A stretch of DNA of 64,000 nt. It comes from Elusimicrobiota bacterium. Lineage in GTDB: Bacteria > Elusimicrobiota > Elusimicrobia > Elusimicrobiales > UBA9959. Below are positions 1 through 8,660 of the stretch, piece by piece (the stretch's first letter is position 1; each line of letters starts with the position of its first letter). The notes under the pieces are model-generated. The model saw only the letters and a list, made by a program, of their open reading frames with translations. It was not told where the DNA came from and ran no database searches. The stretch lies in contig JACQPH010000067.1 of assembly GCA_016207645.1 (NCBI GenBank), positions 4,365 through 68,364 on the forward strand, in the 5' to 3' direction. Position numbers and translations under genes: made by a program.

Positions 1-1
1 C

Positions 2-103
2 GGCGACGAGGAGTGCGCGTGCCCGGAATGCGCGGCGAAACTCGCCGCCGGGGAACCCCTGCAAAAGAGAACGACAGCGGAATCTCCACCGGAAAAAGAA
101 TAG
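2..103 (+). CDS. C-terminal fragment of an unidentified protein (5' end outside window)
   Basis: Frame is open from the window edge to TAG at 101-103 (...GDEECACPECAAKLAAGEPLQKRTTAESPPEKE). Too short to assign a family. Confidence 0.25.
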   Translation, partial: GDEECACPECAAKLAAGEPLQKRTTAESPPEKE

Positions 104-162
104 CGCCCGGAAAAAAAGGCGCGATGTCGATACTCTATCAGCCTTTCAGGATATCTATCTTA

Positions 163-223
163 AGAAGACTGCGGTGATCGGGCAGGGCGGGTGAAGAAAC
201 AGATCTAGCCCGGCCCGGCTATT
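163..223. repeat. Direct repeat copy A (partner at 2921-2985)
   Basis: Shares GCGGTGATCGGG (171-182 vs 2930-2941), TGAAGAAACA (192-201 vs 2950-2959) and terminal CCGGCTATT (215-223 vs 2977-2985) with copy B. Same orientation, about 2.76 kb apart. Confidence 0.6.
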
Positions 224-1352
224 CCGCCAAGCCGATATCAGAAGTTACGGTGACGGTTAAACTGCCGAAAGCTTTTTTATATGGCTTTGACACGGGGCAA
301 AGCAGGAAATTTTCGCCTTTTGGGTAGACCGCGCGGAACACCTTCAGCGCGACGGGGGAAAATTCGTCCGGGCTCCATTTACACTCAAACACATCCACCT
401 CATCCCGTTCCCTGGGTATGACAAAATCCAGTTCCCTGCCGGCGGTGTCGCGCCAATAAAGGATCGTCCGCTGCGGATTCAGCGCCGTAAGATACTCCAG
501 CGCCAGATGTTCCCATAGCGTTCCGTTGTCCGATGCACGAAGCGGCTCCCAGCCGCGGAAGAAGCTGATAAATCCGGTATCGAAGGCGTATACTTTCGGG
601 GCCTTAACCAGTTCCTTCCGTCCTCCGCCGAAAAAGGGGCGCAGGATAGTCATAGCACCGGTAATTGTCATTGCCGCCAGGTGGTTTTCTATGGTGGGCC
701 GGCTTACGCCAAGTGCCGAAGCCGCTTTCGACGCCTCAAATATCCCTCCACTTTGTCTCATCAGGTATTCGAACAACAGGTTGAACTTAGATTGATCCCT
801 TAGACCAAAAAGCTTCTGTATATCGCGCGAAAAAAATGAGTCGGCCCATTCCCTGTAGAACGATGGGTCTTTTTTCCCGGCCAGCAGCGCCGGGGGCAGA
901 CCGCCGTGTAGAAGCCGTTTCTGGAGAGTAGCATCGAAAAGTTCCAGCTCGGGATAAAGAACGGGGGCGAGGTGGATCCGCCTTTTTCTTCCGGCCAGGG
1001 TATCCTTGAATTTTTTACCCGCCGCCAGCGTAGAGGAGCCCGTCGCCAATACTTTGATTTCGGGAAACATATCCGCTCCGATTTTAAGGAGGCGGCTCGG
1101 ATCTTTAAGCTGGTGTATCTCGTCAAAAATGACAAATTTGCTTCCGCAATTCCGGAAAAAGAATTCCGGATCTTTTACCATATCTTCAACCGCCGGCAGG
1201 TCACAGTTAAGGTAAAGAGTGTTTTCACCGTCCAGAATACCGGCCAAGGTGGTTTTTCCACAACGCCGCACCCCGGACAGCCAGACGATCGGTGCTTTAT
1301 CCCAGGCGGATTTTATGCTGTTTATCCAAAAAGGTCTGTTTATCATAACCAT
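219..1352 (-). CDS. AAA-family ATPase with DUF4143-type C-terminal domain
   Basis: 377-aa ORF with a Walker A-like GVRRCGKTTL near the N-terminus and a Walker B-like VIFDEIH. The layout matches AAA_14 + DUF4143 ATP-binding proteins. Confidence 0.8.
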   Translation of the reverse strand: MVMINRPFWINSIKSAWDKAPIVWLSGVRRCGKTTLAGILDGENTLYLNCDLPAVEDMVKDPEFFFRNCGSKFVIFDEIHQLKDPSRLLKIGADMFPEIKVLATGSSTLAAGKKFKDTLAGRKRRIHLAPVLYPELELFDATLQKRLLHGGLPPALLAGKKDPSFYREWADSFFSRDIQKLFGLRDQSKFNLLFEYLMRQSGGIFEASKAASALGVSRPTIENHLAAMTITGAMTILRPFFGGGRKELVKAPKVYAFDTGFISFFRGWEPLRASDNGTLWEHLALEYLTALNPQRTILYWRDTAGRELDFVIPRERDEVDVFECKWSPDEFSPVALKVFRAVYPKGENFLLCPVSKPYKKAFGSLTVTVTSDIGLAE

Positions 1353-1389
1353 ACCTTACATAAAATCCGATTAAATGTAAAGTATGGTT
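1347..1389 (-). promoter_or_regulatory. 15-bp inverted repeat spanning the ATPase start codon
   Basis: AACCATACCTTACAT (1347-1361), 13-nt spacer, ATGTAAAGTATGGTT (1375-1389); 14 of 15 positions are complementary. The left arm contains the ATG at 1352-1350. Confidence 0.4.
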
Positions 1390-1464
1390 ACCCGAGAACA
1401 CCGGCCGGATGTGAATAAATCGTCATAACGTCATATACGTCCCCGCTCTCCCATAATAATCCAT

Positions 1465-2184
1465 TCACAACCTCTCCAGTTCCTGCACCAGGATTTTAGG
1501 GAACTGCGGGAGCAGCGCCCATTGGCTCCGCGGAAGAAATTGTTTCAACTCGTTTTTCAGCATTTTGGGGTTTAACTCCAGCGCGCACTTTATTAGTCCC
1601 GCTTTGCGGGCCGCTATTTCCTTCACGCCAAGGCGGTTCCTAATTAGATAGTAAACATCGAAAAAATCGCGCGGTTCTTTCCGGCGGAACAGGGCCTCCA
1701 GTTTCTCGGCGGCCATGTCGGAAACGGGCAAAGCCCGCACGGAATAGGGCGGCCAGAGAGGCGTACTCACCAGCACCGTCTCGGAAAGCGGTGCCCCGCC
1801 GGCGCGCAGCGAGATATTCCATTCAACCCGGACCGGCCATTCGTGCACCTCGGTTTCCACAAGCGCGAACCAGCCGCCGCTGGTCTCGTTCGATTCAAGC
1901 GTCTTAAACGCCAGCCCTGCCCTGGAAGCCTCCTTTACGGCAAGTTCCACGTATCTTCCCGCGTGAAAGGCCTTCGCCCAGCCGGTAAAATCCAGGTCCT
2001 CGGAAAATCTCGGACTCCGGCGCAGCAGCCGCAGGGCGGTGCCGCCTTTAAAGGCCAGCTTTATGTCCTCATCGGCCCCGTACAGGGCGGAAAGCAGCAC
2101 ATGCTGCGCGTATTCACGCGCCACGTTCAATTCCTGCGTCTGCCACTTGGCGCCAAGCTCTTCAATCAGGGATTTTGAGATCAT
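1465..2184 (-). CDS. AbiEii/AbiGii-family nucleotidyltransferase toxin (type IV TA / abortive infection)
   Basis: FKGGTALRLL ... SEDLDF nucleotidyltransferase signature. Start placed at ATG 2184 (MISKSLIEELG...), which leaves a 23-nt overlap with the upstream AbiEi gene. The ORF-track start at 2238 is an alternative. Confidence 0.8.
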   Translation of the reverse strand: MISKSLIEELGAKWQTQELNVAREYAQHVLLSALYGADEDIKLAFKGGTALRLLRRSPRFSEDLDFTGWAKAFHAGRYVELAVKEASRAGLAFKTLESNETSGGWFALVETEVHEWPVRVEWNISLRAGGAPLSETVLVSTPLWPPYSVRALPVSDMAAEKLEALFRRKEPRDFFDVYYLIRNRLGVKEIAARKAGLIKCALELNPKMLKNELKQFLPRSQWALLPQFPKILVQELERL

Positions 2185-2758
2185 GAGCGTACCAGTCCAG
2201 CAGCCTTTTATTTTTAAAAGCGCGCAGATACCCGCCAAGCAGGCGCTTATTCGCGCCGCGCATGTTAAGGCGGGTATTCAGGCGCTCTTTTTTAAGAAAG
2301 ACGAAGTAAAGGTAATCCGCCAGCGCCTTTTCCTTTTCCGCCAGCAGCACGGTTTCCCCGCCTGTCTCTATGGTTTTATAGCCGCTGAAAGCGTCCTTTT
2401 TTACCGTGCGGTAAATGTAGGATGTGCCGTCAGCCTCGAATTCGCGGGTGGTTTTGGCGGTGACCGAAGTTACGGCGTAAACGGACTCGGGGATAAAGCC
2501 GTAGTACGAGAGGGCCGAGGCAAGCGAAATATAGGAGGGTTTATAAAGCCGGTTGGCTATGCCCCATTTTGAAGGCATGGCGGATCTTAAGGCGTAAAGG
2601 CCGCGCTTAAGGCGGCAGAGCAGCCCCCGGCGCGTATAGCGGATAAGCAGGAATTTGGCCGCAACCGCCCCGGAGCCGGTCACCTGACGGAATTCCCGCG
2701 CGCTGAAGAGGCGGAACCCGCCCCCCCGCAGCCTGGCCTCGATCTCCATCCATTTCAT
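2162..2758 (-). CDS. AbiEi-family antitoxin / transcriptional regulator
   Basis: 198-aa protein with the GLYAL ... PSYISLASALSYYGFIPE pattern typical of AbiEi antitoxins. Sits immediately upstream of abiEii and overlaps it. Confidence 0.75.
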   Translation of the reverse strand: MKWMEIEARLRGGGFRLFSAREFRQVTGSGAVAAKFLLIRYTRRGLLCRLKRGLYALRSAMPSKWGIANRLYKPSYISLASALSYYGFIPESVYAVTSVTAKTTREFEADGTSYIYRTVKKDAFSGYKTIETGGETVLLAEKEKALADYLYFVFLKKERLNTRLNMRGANKRLLGGYLRAFKNKRLLDWYAHDLKIPD

Positions 2759-2920
2759 ATAAGTAGCTATTCTGCTACTTTAATAGAATACATCACAGCG
2801 CGCCGGAAGTCAAGTGGCGTGGAGATCTTATTCCTCCCGGCTTTAGCGCGCCGCAGCCGGACGGTAGGGACGGGGCGCATATGACTTATTATCCTGTGCC
2901 GCCTCATGCCTAGCGCGTCG

Positions 2921-2985
2921 AAGAAGGCAGCGGTGATCGGGTGGGGCGGTGAAGAAACAAATCCAACCCCTTAAATCCGGCTATT
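2921..2985. repeat. Direct repeat copy B (partner at 163-223)
   Basis: See copy A. Lies in the 270-nt non-coding gap between the abiEi start and the BrnA-like gene. Confidence 0.6.
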
Positions 2986-3045
2986 TATGGTATATACTGT
3001 AAATACGGACTTTAACTAGGGCGACTCGTAGTGAAAGGAGGCAAT

Positions 3046-3339
3046 ATGAAAAAAATAAAGGAATTCCCCTTTAAGCAGGCTCATCGGGTTACAGGTAAAG
3101 AGGTGGAGATGGCCAGGAAGGCTATCGAAGCCAAGCTCGGCGTCAAAAGACCTTCCCGCGGGCGGCCTCTGAAAGGACCTGAGAAATATAAGTCCATTCA
3201 GATCCGGCTGAACCCTAAAGCGCTGGAATGGGCACTCGCTCAGGCAAAGCATCGCGGCATCGGCTATCAAACGCTTATCAATGAAATTCTCATGCAGCGC
3301 GCGACCGGGCGCCACGCTCACCACACCCCGCATAAATAG
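3046..3339 (+). CDS. BrnA/CopG-like antitoxin (no cognate toxin gene present)
   Basis: C-terminal KSIQIRLNPKALEWALAQAKHRGIGYQTLINEIL matches the ribbon-helix-helix BrnA-type pattern. ATG at 3046 is preceded by AGGAGG at 3036-3041. Confidence 0.6.
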   Translation: MKKIKEFPFKQAHRVTGKEVEMARKAIEAKLGVKRPSRGRPLKGPEKYKSIQIRLNPKALEWALAQAKHRGIGYQTLINEILMQRATGRHAHHTPHK

Positions 3340-3450
3340 CTCGTTCGTCTGGACTGAGGGGACGCATATGGCGATGTGGCCGTACGGGAAAACCCGGCGG
3401 TTCTATCCCTGCAGGGGCCGCCGGCTCGTTCATTTTATCCAGGCCGTCGG

Positions 3451-4002
3451 TTAAAAAAGAGCTTTGAGGTTTTTCAGGATTTCCGGCGCGGCTTTTATTT
3501 CCGCCAGGGGTGTCAGGCGTTCCAGGATATAGGTTTTATCCAGCCGCCCCGGGTCACGCTCTATTACCGTTTTAACATCGGCCCAGTCCCTTGTCCGGTT
3601 GGCAAATGATTTCATGACGATCAGGTCTTCGGCCGAGCAGGTTAGCAGGCGGAGCCCGGGAAGGAATTCGAAAACAGTCGCGCGGTCTACGGCCTCCTCC
3701 TCGAAAGGCAGGGCGGCAAGGGCGATGTCCAGCGCTATACCGCCGGCTGATTTAAGAAGCAGCACCCTGTTTTCCGCCGCGAAGGCGGCGGCGTCGGGGA
3801 TCCTGGAGCGATATTCCTTAAGAAGCGCGCGGATAAAAGGCGCCTCTCCGCCGTAGCCGGTAAGAAGCGTTACATCCACGTCTACGGTGACACGAGGTTC
3901 TCCCCAGCGCTGAAGCGCAATGCCGCCGATAAAACAGAACCGGTATTTTTCTTTTTCCAGGAAAGTCTGAAGTTCGGCCGCGGTCTGGAAGAGGGTTTTC
4001 AC
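3451..4002 (-). CDS. Nucleotidyltransferase-fold protein (unclassified, putative toxin/antitoxin component)
   Basis: 183 aa. FIGGIALQRWGEPRVTVDVDVTLL resembles the minimal nucleotidyltransferase G-x-A ... D-x-D signature. Confidence 0.6.
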   Translation of the reverse strand: MKTLFQTAAELQTFLEKEKYRFCFIGGIALQRWGEPRVTVDVDVTLLTGYGGEAPFIRALLKEYRSRIPDAAAFAAENRVLLLKSAGGIALDIALAALPFEEEAVDRATVFEFLPGLRLLTCSAEDLIVMKSFANRTRDWADVKTVIERDPGRLDKTYILERLTPLAEIKAAPEILKNLKALF

Positions 4003-4223
4003 CTTCTTAACCTCATGAACCAGCGCTGCTGTTCGATAAGGCCGGAAGAAGTGCGGGCGGGATAATTAAGAAGGGCCGACTGGAAAGAATCCTCGAGCTG
4101 CTCGATAGAGGAGCCGACAACGACCTGGCGCAGTTCCTGTAAGCGGATGCGCTCAAGTTCGGGGCCGGTTTTCCGCCACCGGGCAACCCACTCCCGCATG
4201 GCGTCTGTTTTTGGATCATTCAT
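3999..4223 (-). CDS. Small helical partner protein of the 3451-4002 nucleotidyltransferase
   Basis: 4-nt stop/start overlap with the downstream gene. Start is uncertain (ATG at 4223, 4247 or 4334). No family recognised. Confidence 0.45.
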   Translation of the reverse strand: MNDPKTDAMREWVARWRKTGPELERIRLQELRQVVVGSSIEQLEDSFQSALLNYPARTSSGLIEQQRWFMRLRR

Positions 4224-4377
4224 AAGCCCGATAATACATTTTAGCATTTTAAGGGCAGGGGTCCGGCGCGCCGCCCCGGGTTTACGTTTACAGGGGACCA
4301 ATTGACATGGTAGTTCCATCCCGGCCCTGAGCACAATTACAGCGCGTCACTGGATAGTAATTTGTATAATAACGCAG

Positions 4378-4710
4378 ATGAAAGTCGACGAGCGCAGGAA
4401 ATGGATCAAAGCGATCACTACGCGCATAGCTGAACAGGTCAACCCCGAAAAGATAGTTTTATTCGGCTCTTTTGCGTACGGAAAGCCGGGCCGTTCCAGC
4501 GATATTGACCTGCTGGTGGTATGCAACCGCCCGCAGGACAAAAAAAAGCGCTATAAGCTGGTGGACCTGGCCATTGGCAGCCATATTTTTCCTGTAGATG
4601 TGCTGGTGCGCAGTTCAGCGGAGATTTCGCGCCGCCTGGACATAGGCGACAGTTTTATCCACGAGATCATGAACCGCGGCAAAGTCCTGTATGAGTCCCA
4701 TATACATTAA
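4378..4710 (+). CDS. MNT-type nucleotidyltransferase (type VII TA antitoxin)
   Basis: KIVLFGSFAYGKPGRSSDIDLLVV is the canonical minimal nucleotidyltransferase motif. Overlaps the downstream HEPN gene by 20 nt. Confidence 0.8.
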   Translation: MKVDERRKWIKAITTRIAEQVNPEKIVLFGSFAYGKPGRSSDIDLLVVCNRPQDKKKRYKLVDLAIGSHIFPVDVLVRSSAEISRRLDIGDSFIHEIMNRGKVLYESHIH

Positions 4711-5095
4711 AGAGTGGGTCAGGAAAGCGGAAGCCGACCGCCTGGCGGCGCGGAGGGCGTTGAGCGACGCCAGGCGCCGCAAGGACCAGGCTGAAATAGC
4801 CTGTTTCCACGCCCAACAGTGCGCCGAAAAATACATGAAGGCTGTCCTCGCGTTCCGCGGCAAGCCGGCGCCCAGGACACATGACCTGCTGGCGCTGGCA
4901 AAAATGCTGGAAGATTGCGGGATATCCGCTGAGCCGATGAAAGCCGGATTCAGGGAATTGAACCGTTACGCCGTCGAGATCCGCTATCCCGGCGAAACAA
5001 CCACTGTAAAAGAAGCCTCCGAAGCGGTGCTCCTTATGGAAAAAACCGCTCTCTTTGCCTCAAAGATATTAAAACAGCGCCCGCCTACAGCATAG
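4691..5095 (+). CDS. HEPN domain protein (toxin partner of MNT)
   Basis: 134-aa helical protein containing an R-x4-H match (RYAVEIRYPGE region) in the classic MNT-HEPN gene order. Confidence 0.75.
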   Translation: MSPIYIKEWVRKAEADRLAARRALSDARRRKDQAEIACFHAQQCAEKYMKAVLAFRGKPAPRTHDLLALAKMLEDCGISAEPMKAGFRELNRYAVEIRYPGETTTVKEASEAVLLMEKTALFASKILKQRPPTA

Positions 5096-5113
5096 CAGGC
5101 CGCTTCGCCCGCC

Positions 5114-6481
5114 TCAGCCTTTCAATATATCTATCTTCCGCCACAGTCCCGAGCGGAAGCGCAGGCCGAAGAATACCGCCAGCAGGACCATGTAGAAGGC
5201 GCCCCAGGCCCAGGCGTGGATCAGCTCGCCGCCGGCGTAGTGGGTGATGTACCAGATACCGGGCACGAAGAGGAGCCAGGCGGCGGCGCTTCCGCCCAGC
5301 ATCTGGAAGCGCGTGTCCCCCGCCCCGCGCAAAGCGTCGGCGAAGACCATCCCTATCGCGTCGAAGAAGACGAACACGGCCAGGACTTTCATCACCGGCC
5401 TGCTCCTGGCCAGTATGTCGGCGTATTCCGCGGCGTTTCCGGAGCCGAAAATATTCACAAATACGCCCGGCACCGCCATGAACAGTACGCCGAGGAACAG
5501 GGCGTAGAGCGCGGCGAGCTTCGCCCCGTTATAGGCGACCCGCACCGCCGAGTCCGGCTTGCGCATGCCGATGTACTTTCCCACCACGGTAAGGGTGGCT
5601 ATGCCGAGCCCGATGACGGGCATGAAGGCTATCATGTTTATCGAGGCGATGATATTGCTGGCGGCCAGCGAGACCTTGTCCATCGCGCCGACGATGAAGA
5701 TGAAGGCGCCGAAGGAAGCCACGTCCAGGAAGAAGCCCACGCCGTTGGGCGCGCCATATTTCACGAGGCGGAGGAACAGGTCCTTGTGCACCCCCACCAG
5801 CCGGGCGGTGCGGTAGCGGCGGCGGTTCTCTGCGGAGAAGATCAGCGCGAGGTAAAGCGCCAGCATCAGCGCCTGGCCGGCCACCATGGCGAGAGCGGCG
5901 CCTTTTATCCCCATCGCGGGGACCGGCCCTGCGCCGAAGATCAGCAGCCAGGAAAGCAGCAAGCAGAGGGCGTTGCCGGCGATGTTGACGACCATCGGCA
6001 CCTTGGTGAGGCCGCGACCGGTGAAGAAAGAGGACAGGGCTGCGCTGGTGAGGTAGATGATCCCGCAGGAGTTCAGTACCAGGAAATACTCTTTCTCCAG
6101 CGCCCTCACCGGCGCGGCGTGGCCGGAATGGCCGATTATGTAGAACCCGGCCGGGGTGAGGGCCAGCAGCAGCAGCCCGGCGGCTGCGGCCAGCCAGACG
6201 CCCTGCCAGACGGCTACGGAGACACTGGCGGTTTTCCCCCTGCCGTGGTACTGGGAGACGAAGGCGTTGGTATACGAGACCACGCCGAAGAAGAAACAGC
6301 AGAAGACGAAGGCGAGCATGCCGGCCGGCACGCAGGCGGCCAGGGCGTCGGGGCTGTAATGGGCGAGGAAGAGCCGGTTGACGAACTGCATCACCGTGGT
6401 GGAGGCGGTGGACAGCATCATCGGGTAGGCCACCCCCAGCAGTTCGCCTATGCCGCCCTCGCCGCGGGTGAATAATTTCAT
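5114..6481 (-). CDS. MATE family efflux transporter
   Basis: 455 aa, about 12 hydrophobic helices. The N-terminal LLGVAYPMMLSTASTTVMQFVNRLFLAHY and internal GAGDTRF motifs are typical of MATE/NorM proteins. Confidence 0.85.
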   Translation of the reverse strand: MKLFTRGEGGIGELLGVAYPMMLSTASTTVMQFVNRLFLAHYSPDALAACVPAGMLAFVFCCFFFGVVSYTNAFVSQYHGRGKTASVSVAVWQGVWLAAAAGLLLLALTPAGFYIIGHSGHAAPVRALEKEYFLVLNSCGIIYLTSAALSSFFTGRGLTKVPMVVNIAGNALCLLLSWLLIFGAGPVPAMGIKGAALAMVAGQALMLALYLALIFSAENRRRYRTARLVGVHKDLFLRLVKYGAPNGVGFFLDVASFGAFIFIVGAMDKVSLAASNIIASINMIAFMPVIGLGIATLTVVGKYIGMRKPDSAVRVAYNGAKLAALYALFLGVLFMAVPGVFVNIFGSGNAAEYADILARSRPVMKVLAVFVFFDAIGMVFADALRGAGDTRFQMLGGSAAAWLLFVPGIWYITHYAGGELIHAWAWGAFYMVLLAVFFGLRFRSGLWRKIDILKG

Positions 6482-6497
6482 CGTTTAACGGAAGCGG

Positions 6498-6779
6498 TCA
6501 GAAATACCGCTCCATAATGTACGGAACAGCCATCAGCGCCGCGCCGATAAGCGTGATATACAGGGCGTTAGTGACAAAGTAGGGATAGAGCATGATGACG
6601 ACGCCGCAGACGGTCTTGACCGTATCGTTCTGGTAGCGCCCGCGCTTGTAATAAAAGAACCCGATGCCGGAGAACAGCAGCGAGGCCATCATGCCCCACA
6701 TGGTCATGCCGAAAAGGGTGCCCGGGGCCCCCTGCCCGCCGAGGCCGGCGGCGGCCGCCAGAACTGAAGTCTCGTCCAT
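6498..6779 (-). CDS. Small integral membrane protein, unknown function
   Basis: 93 aa with three hydrophobic segments, packed between the MATE gene and typA. No family recognised. Confidence 0.5.
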   Translation of the reverse strand: MDETSVLAAAAGLGGQGAPGTLFGMTMWGMMASLLFSGIGFFYYKRGRYQNDTVKTVCGVVIMLYPYFVTNALYITLIGAALMAVPYIMERYF

Positions 6780-6809
6780 CAGAATTCCCGGGCCGCCGCG
6801 AGGGACGGC

Positions 6810-8648
6810 CTAATCGTACTCTTTCTCGCCGCGCTTGCGCAGGCTGTGGTCCAGCACCTTCTTGCGCAGCCGCAGGCTCTTCGGCGTCACTTCCACGTAC
6901 TCGTCCTCCTCGACGTATTCGATAGCCTGCTCCAGGCTCATCACGCGGTGCGGGGTGAGCGCTATGGACATGTCCGAGGTGGAGGAGCGCATATTGGTCT
7001 GCTTCTTTTCCTTGCAGGGATTGGTGACCAGGTCGTTGGCGCGGCAGTGCTCGCCCACTATCTGCCCGGCGTAAATATCCTCGCCGGTGCCCACGAACAT
7101 GATGCCGTGGTCCTGCAGACCGTTCAGCGCGTAGCTGGCCGACCGGCCGGCTTCCTTGGCTATGAAGACGCCGTTGCGCTTGGGCCGGTTGAAATTGCCC
7201 TCGGGCAGGAAGCCGTGGAAGCTGTGGTGCATCAGGCCGGAGCCCTTGGTGAAGGTCATGAACTCCGACTTGAAGCCGATCAGGGCCTTGGAGGAGATGA
7301 CGTATTCGAAGCGGACGCGGCCGTCCTCGCCTATCACCATGTTCTTGAGCTGCGCGCCGCGGCAGCCCAGGCCGTTCATCACCGCGCCCTGGAACTCGGA
7401 GGGGGCGTCCAGCAGCAGGGACTCCACGGGCTCTACGGTGACGCCGTTCTCCTCGTGGGTGATCACGACCATCTTGGAGACGCAGAGCTCGAAGCCCTCG
7501 CGCCGCATGGTCTCGATGAGGATGGAAAGGTGCAGCTCGCCGCGGCCGGATACTTTAAAGCCGCCGTCGGGGAGCTCTTCCACTTTCAGGCCGACGTTGA
7601 TCTGCTGCTCCTTAAGGAGCCGGTCGCGGAGCTGGGTGGCGGTGACGAACTTGCCCTCTCGGCCGGAGAAGGGCCCGTCGTTGGCGTAGAATTCCATCGA
7701 GAGGGTGGGCTGCTCTATCTCGAGGCCGGGCAGCACGCCGGGGTTTTCCGGGGTGGAGATGGTGTCGCCGACTTCGATGCCTTCAAGCCCGGCCACGGCC
7801 ACGATGTCGCCGGAGCGGGCCTCTTTAATGACGCAGCGCTCCAGGCCTTTATAGCCCATGAGCTGCATGACCTTGCGGGTCTGCGGCAGGGAAGTGGGAC
7901 AGGCCATGGAGACCTGCTGGCCGGCGGCTATCTTTCCCTGCACTATGCGGCCGACGCCGATGCGCCCGGTGTAGGAGCTGTAGTCGAGCATGGTGACGAG
8001 CAGCCGGAGCGGCTGGTCGTCCAGGTCGAGCGGGCCCGGAACGGTCTTTATGATGGTCTCGAAGAGGTGGGAGAGGTCTTTGCCGGGCTTGTGGTAGTCG
8101 GCGGAGGCCCAGCCGTCGCGGCCTACGGCGTAGACTACGGGGAAGTCGAGCTGGGCGTCGCTGGCGCCGAGCTCCATGAACAGGGCGAAGACCTTGTCGA
8201 GGGAGGCGTGGGGGTCGCAGTTGAGGCGGTCGACCTTGTTGATGACGACGATGGGGCGCAGGCCGAGGGCGAGGGATTTCTTGAGGACGAAGCGGGTCTG
8301 GGGCATGGGGCCGTCGAGGGCGTCCACGAGGAGGAGCACGCCGTCCACCATGCGCAGCACGCGCTCGACTTCGCTGCCGAAGTCGGCGTGGCCGGGGGTG
8401 TCGACTATATGGATGGTGGTGTCTTTATAGCGGACGGAGGTGTTCTTGGAGAGGATGGTGATGCCGCGCTCTTTTTCGAGGTCGTTGGAGTCCATGATGC
8501 AGATGGCTTCCTCGCCGGATTTGTCGTGGTAGGCGCCGGTCTGCTTGAGCATGGCGTCGACGAGGGTGGTTTTGCCGTGGTCGACGTGGGCGATGATGGC
8601 GATATTGCGCAGGTCCTGCCGGCGCTTGGCGGCTGTTTCATGTTGCAT
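6810..8648 (-). CDS. typA: Translational GTPase TypA/BipA
   Basis: [24 protein letters not shown] and NKVDR G-motifs, with full-length (612 aa) BipA architecture. Confidence 0.95.
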   Translation of the reverse strand: MQHETAAKRRQDLRNIAIIAHVDHGKTTLVDAMLKQTGAYHDKSGEEAICIMDSNDLEKERGITILSKNTSVRYKDTTIHIVDTPGHADFGSEVERVLRMVDGVLLLVDALDGPMPQTRFVLKKSLALGLRPIVVINKVDRLNCDPHASLDKVFALFMELGASDAQLDFPVVYAVGRDGWASADYHKPGKDLSHLFETIIKTVPGPLDLDDQPLRLLVTMLDYSSYTGRIGVGRIVQGKIAAGQQVSMACPTSLPQTRKVMQLMGYKGLERCVIKEARSGDIVAVAGLEGIEVGDTISTPENPGVLPGLEIEQPTLSMEFYANDGPFSGREGKFVTATQLRDRLLKEQQINVGLKVEELPDGGFKVSGRGELHLSILIETMRREGFELCVSKMVVITHEENGVTVEPVESLLLDAPSEFQGAVMNGLGCRGAQLKNMVIGEDGRVRFEYVISSKALIGFKSEFMTFTKGSGLMHHSFHGFLPEGNFNRPKRNGVFIAKEAGRSASYALNGLQDHGIMFVGTGEDIYAGQIVGEHCRANDLVTNPCKEKKQTNMRSSTSDMSIALTPHRVMSLEQAIEYVEEDEYVEVTPKSLRLRKKVLDHSLRKRGEKEYD

Positions 8649-8660
8649 GTGTTTTTTCCT

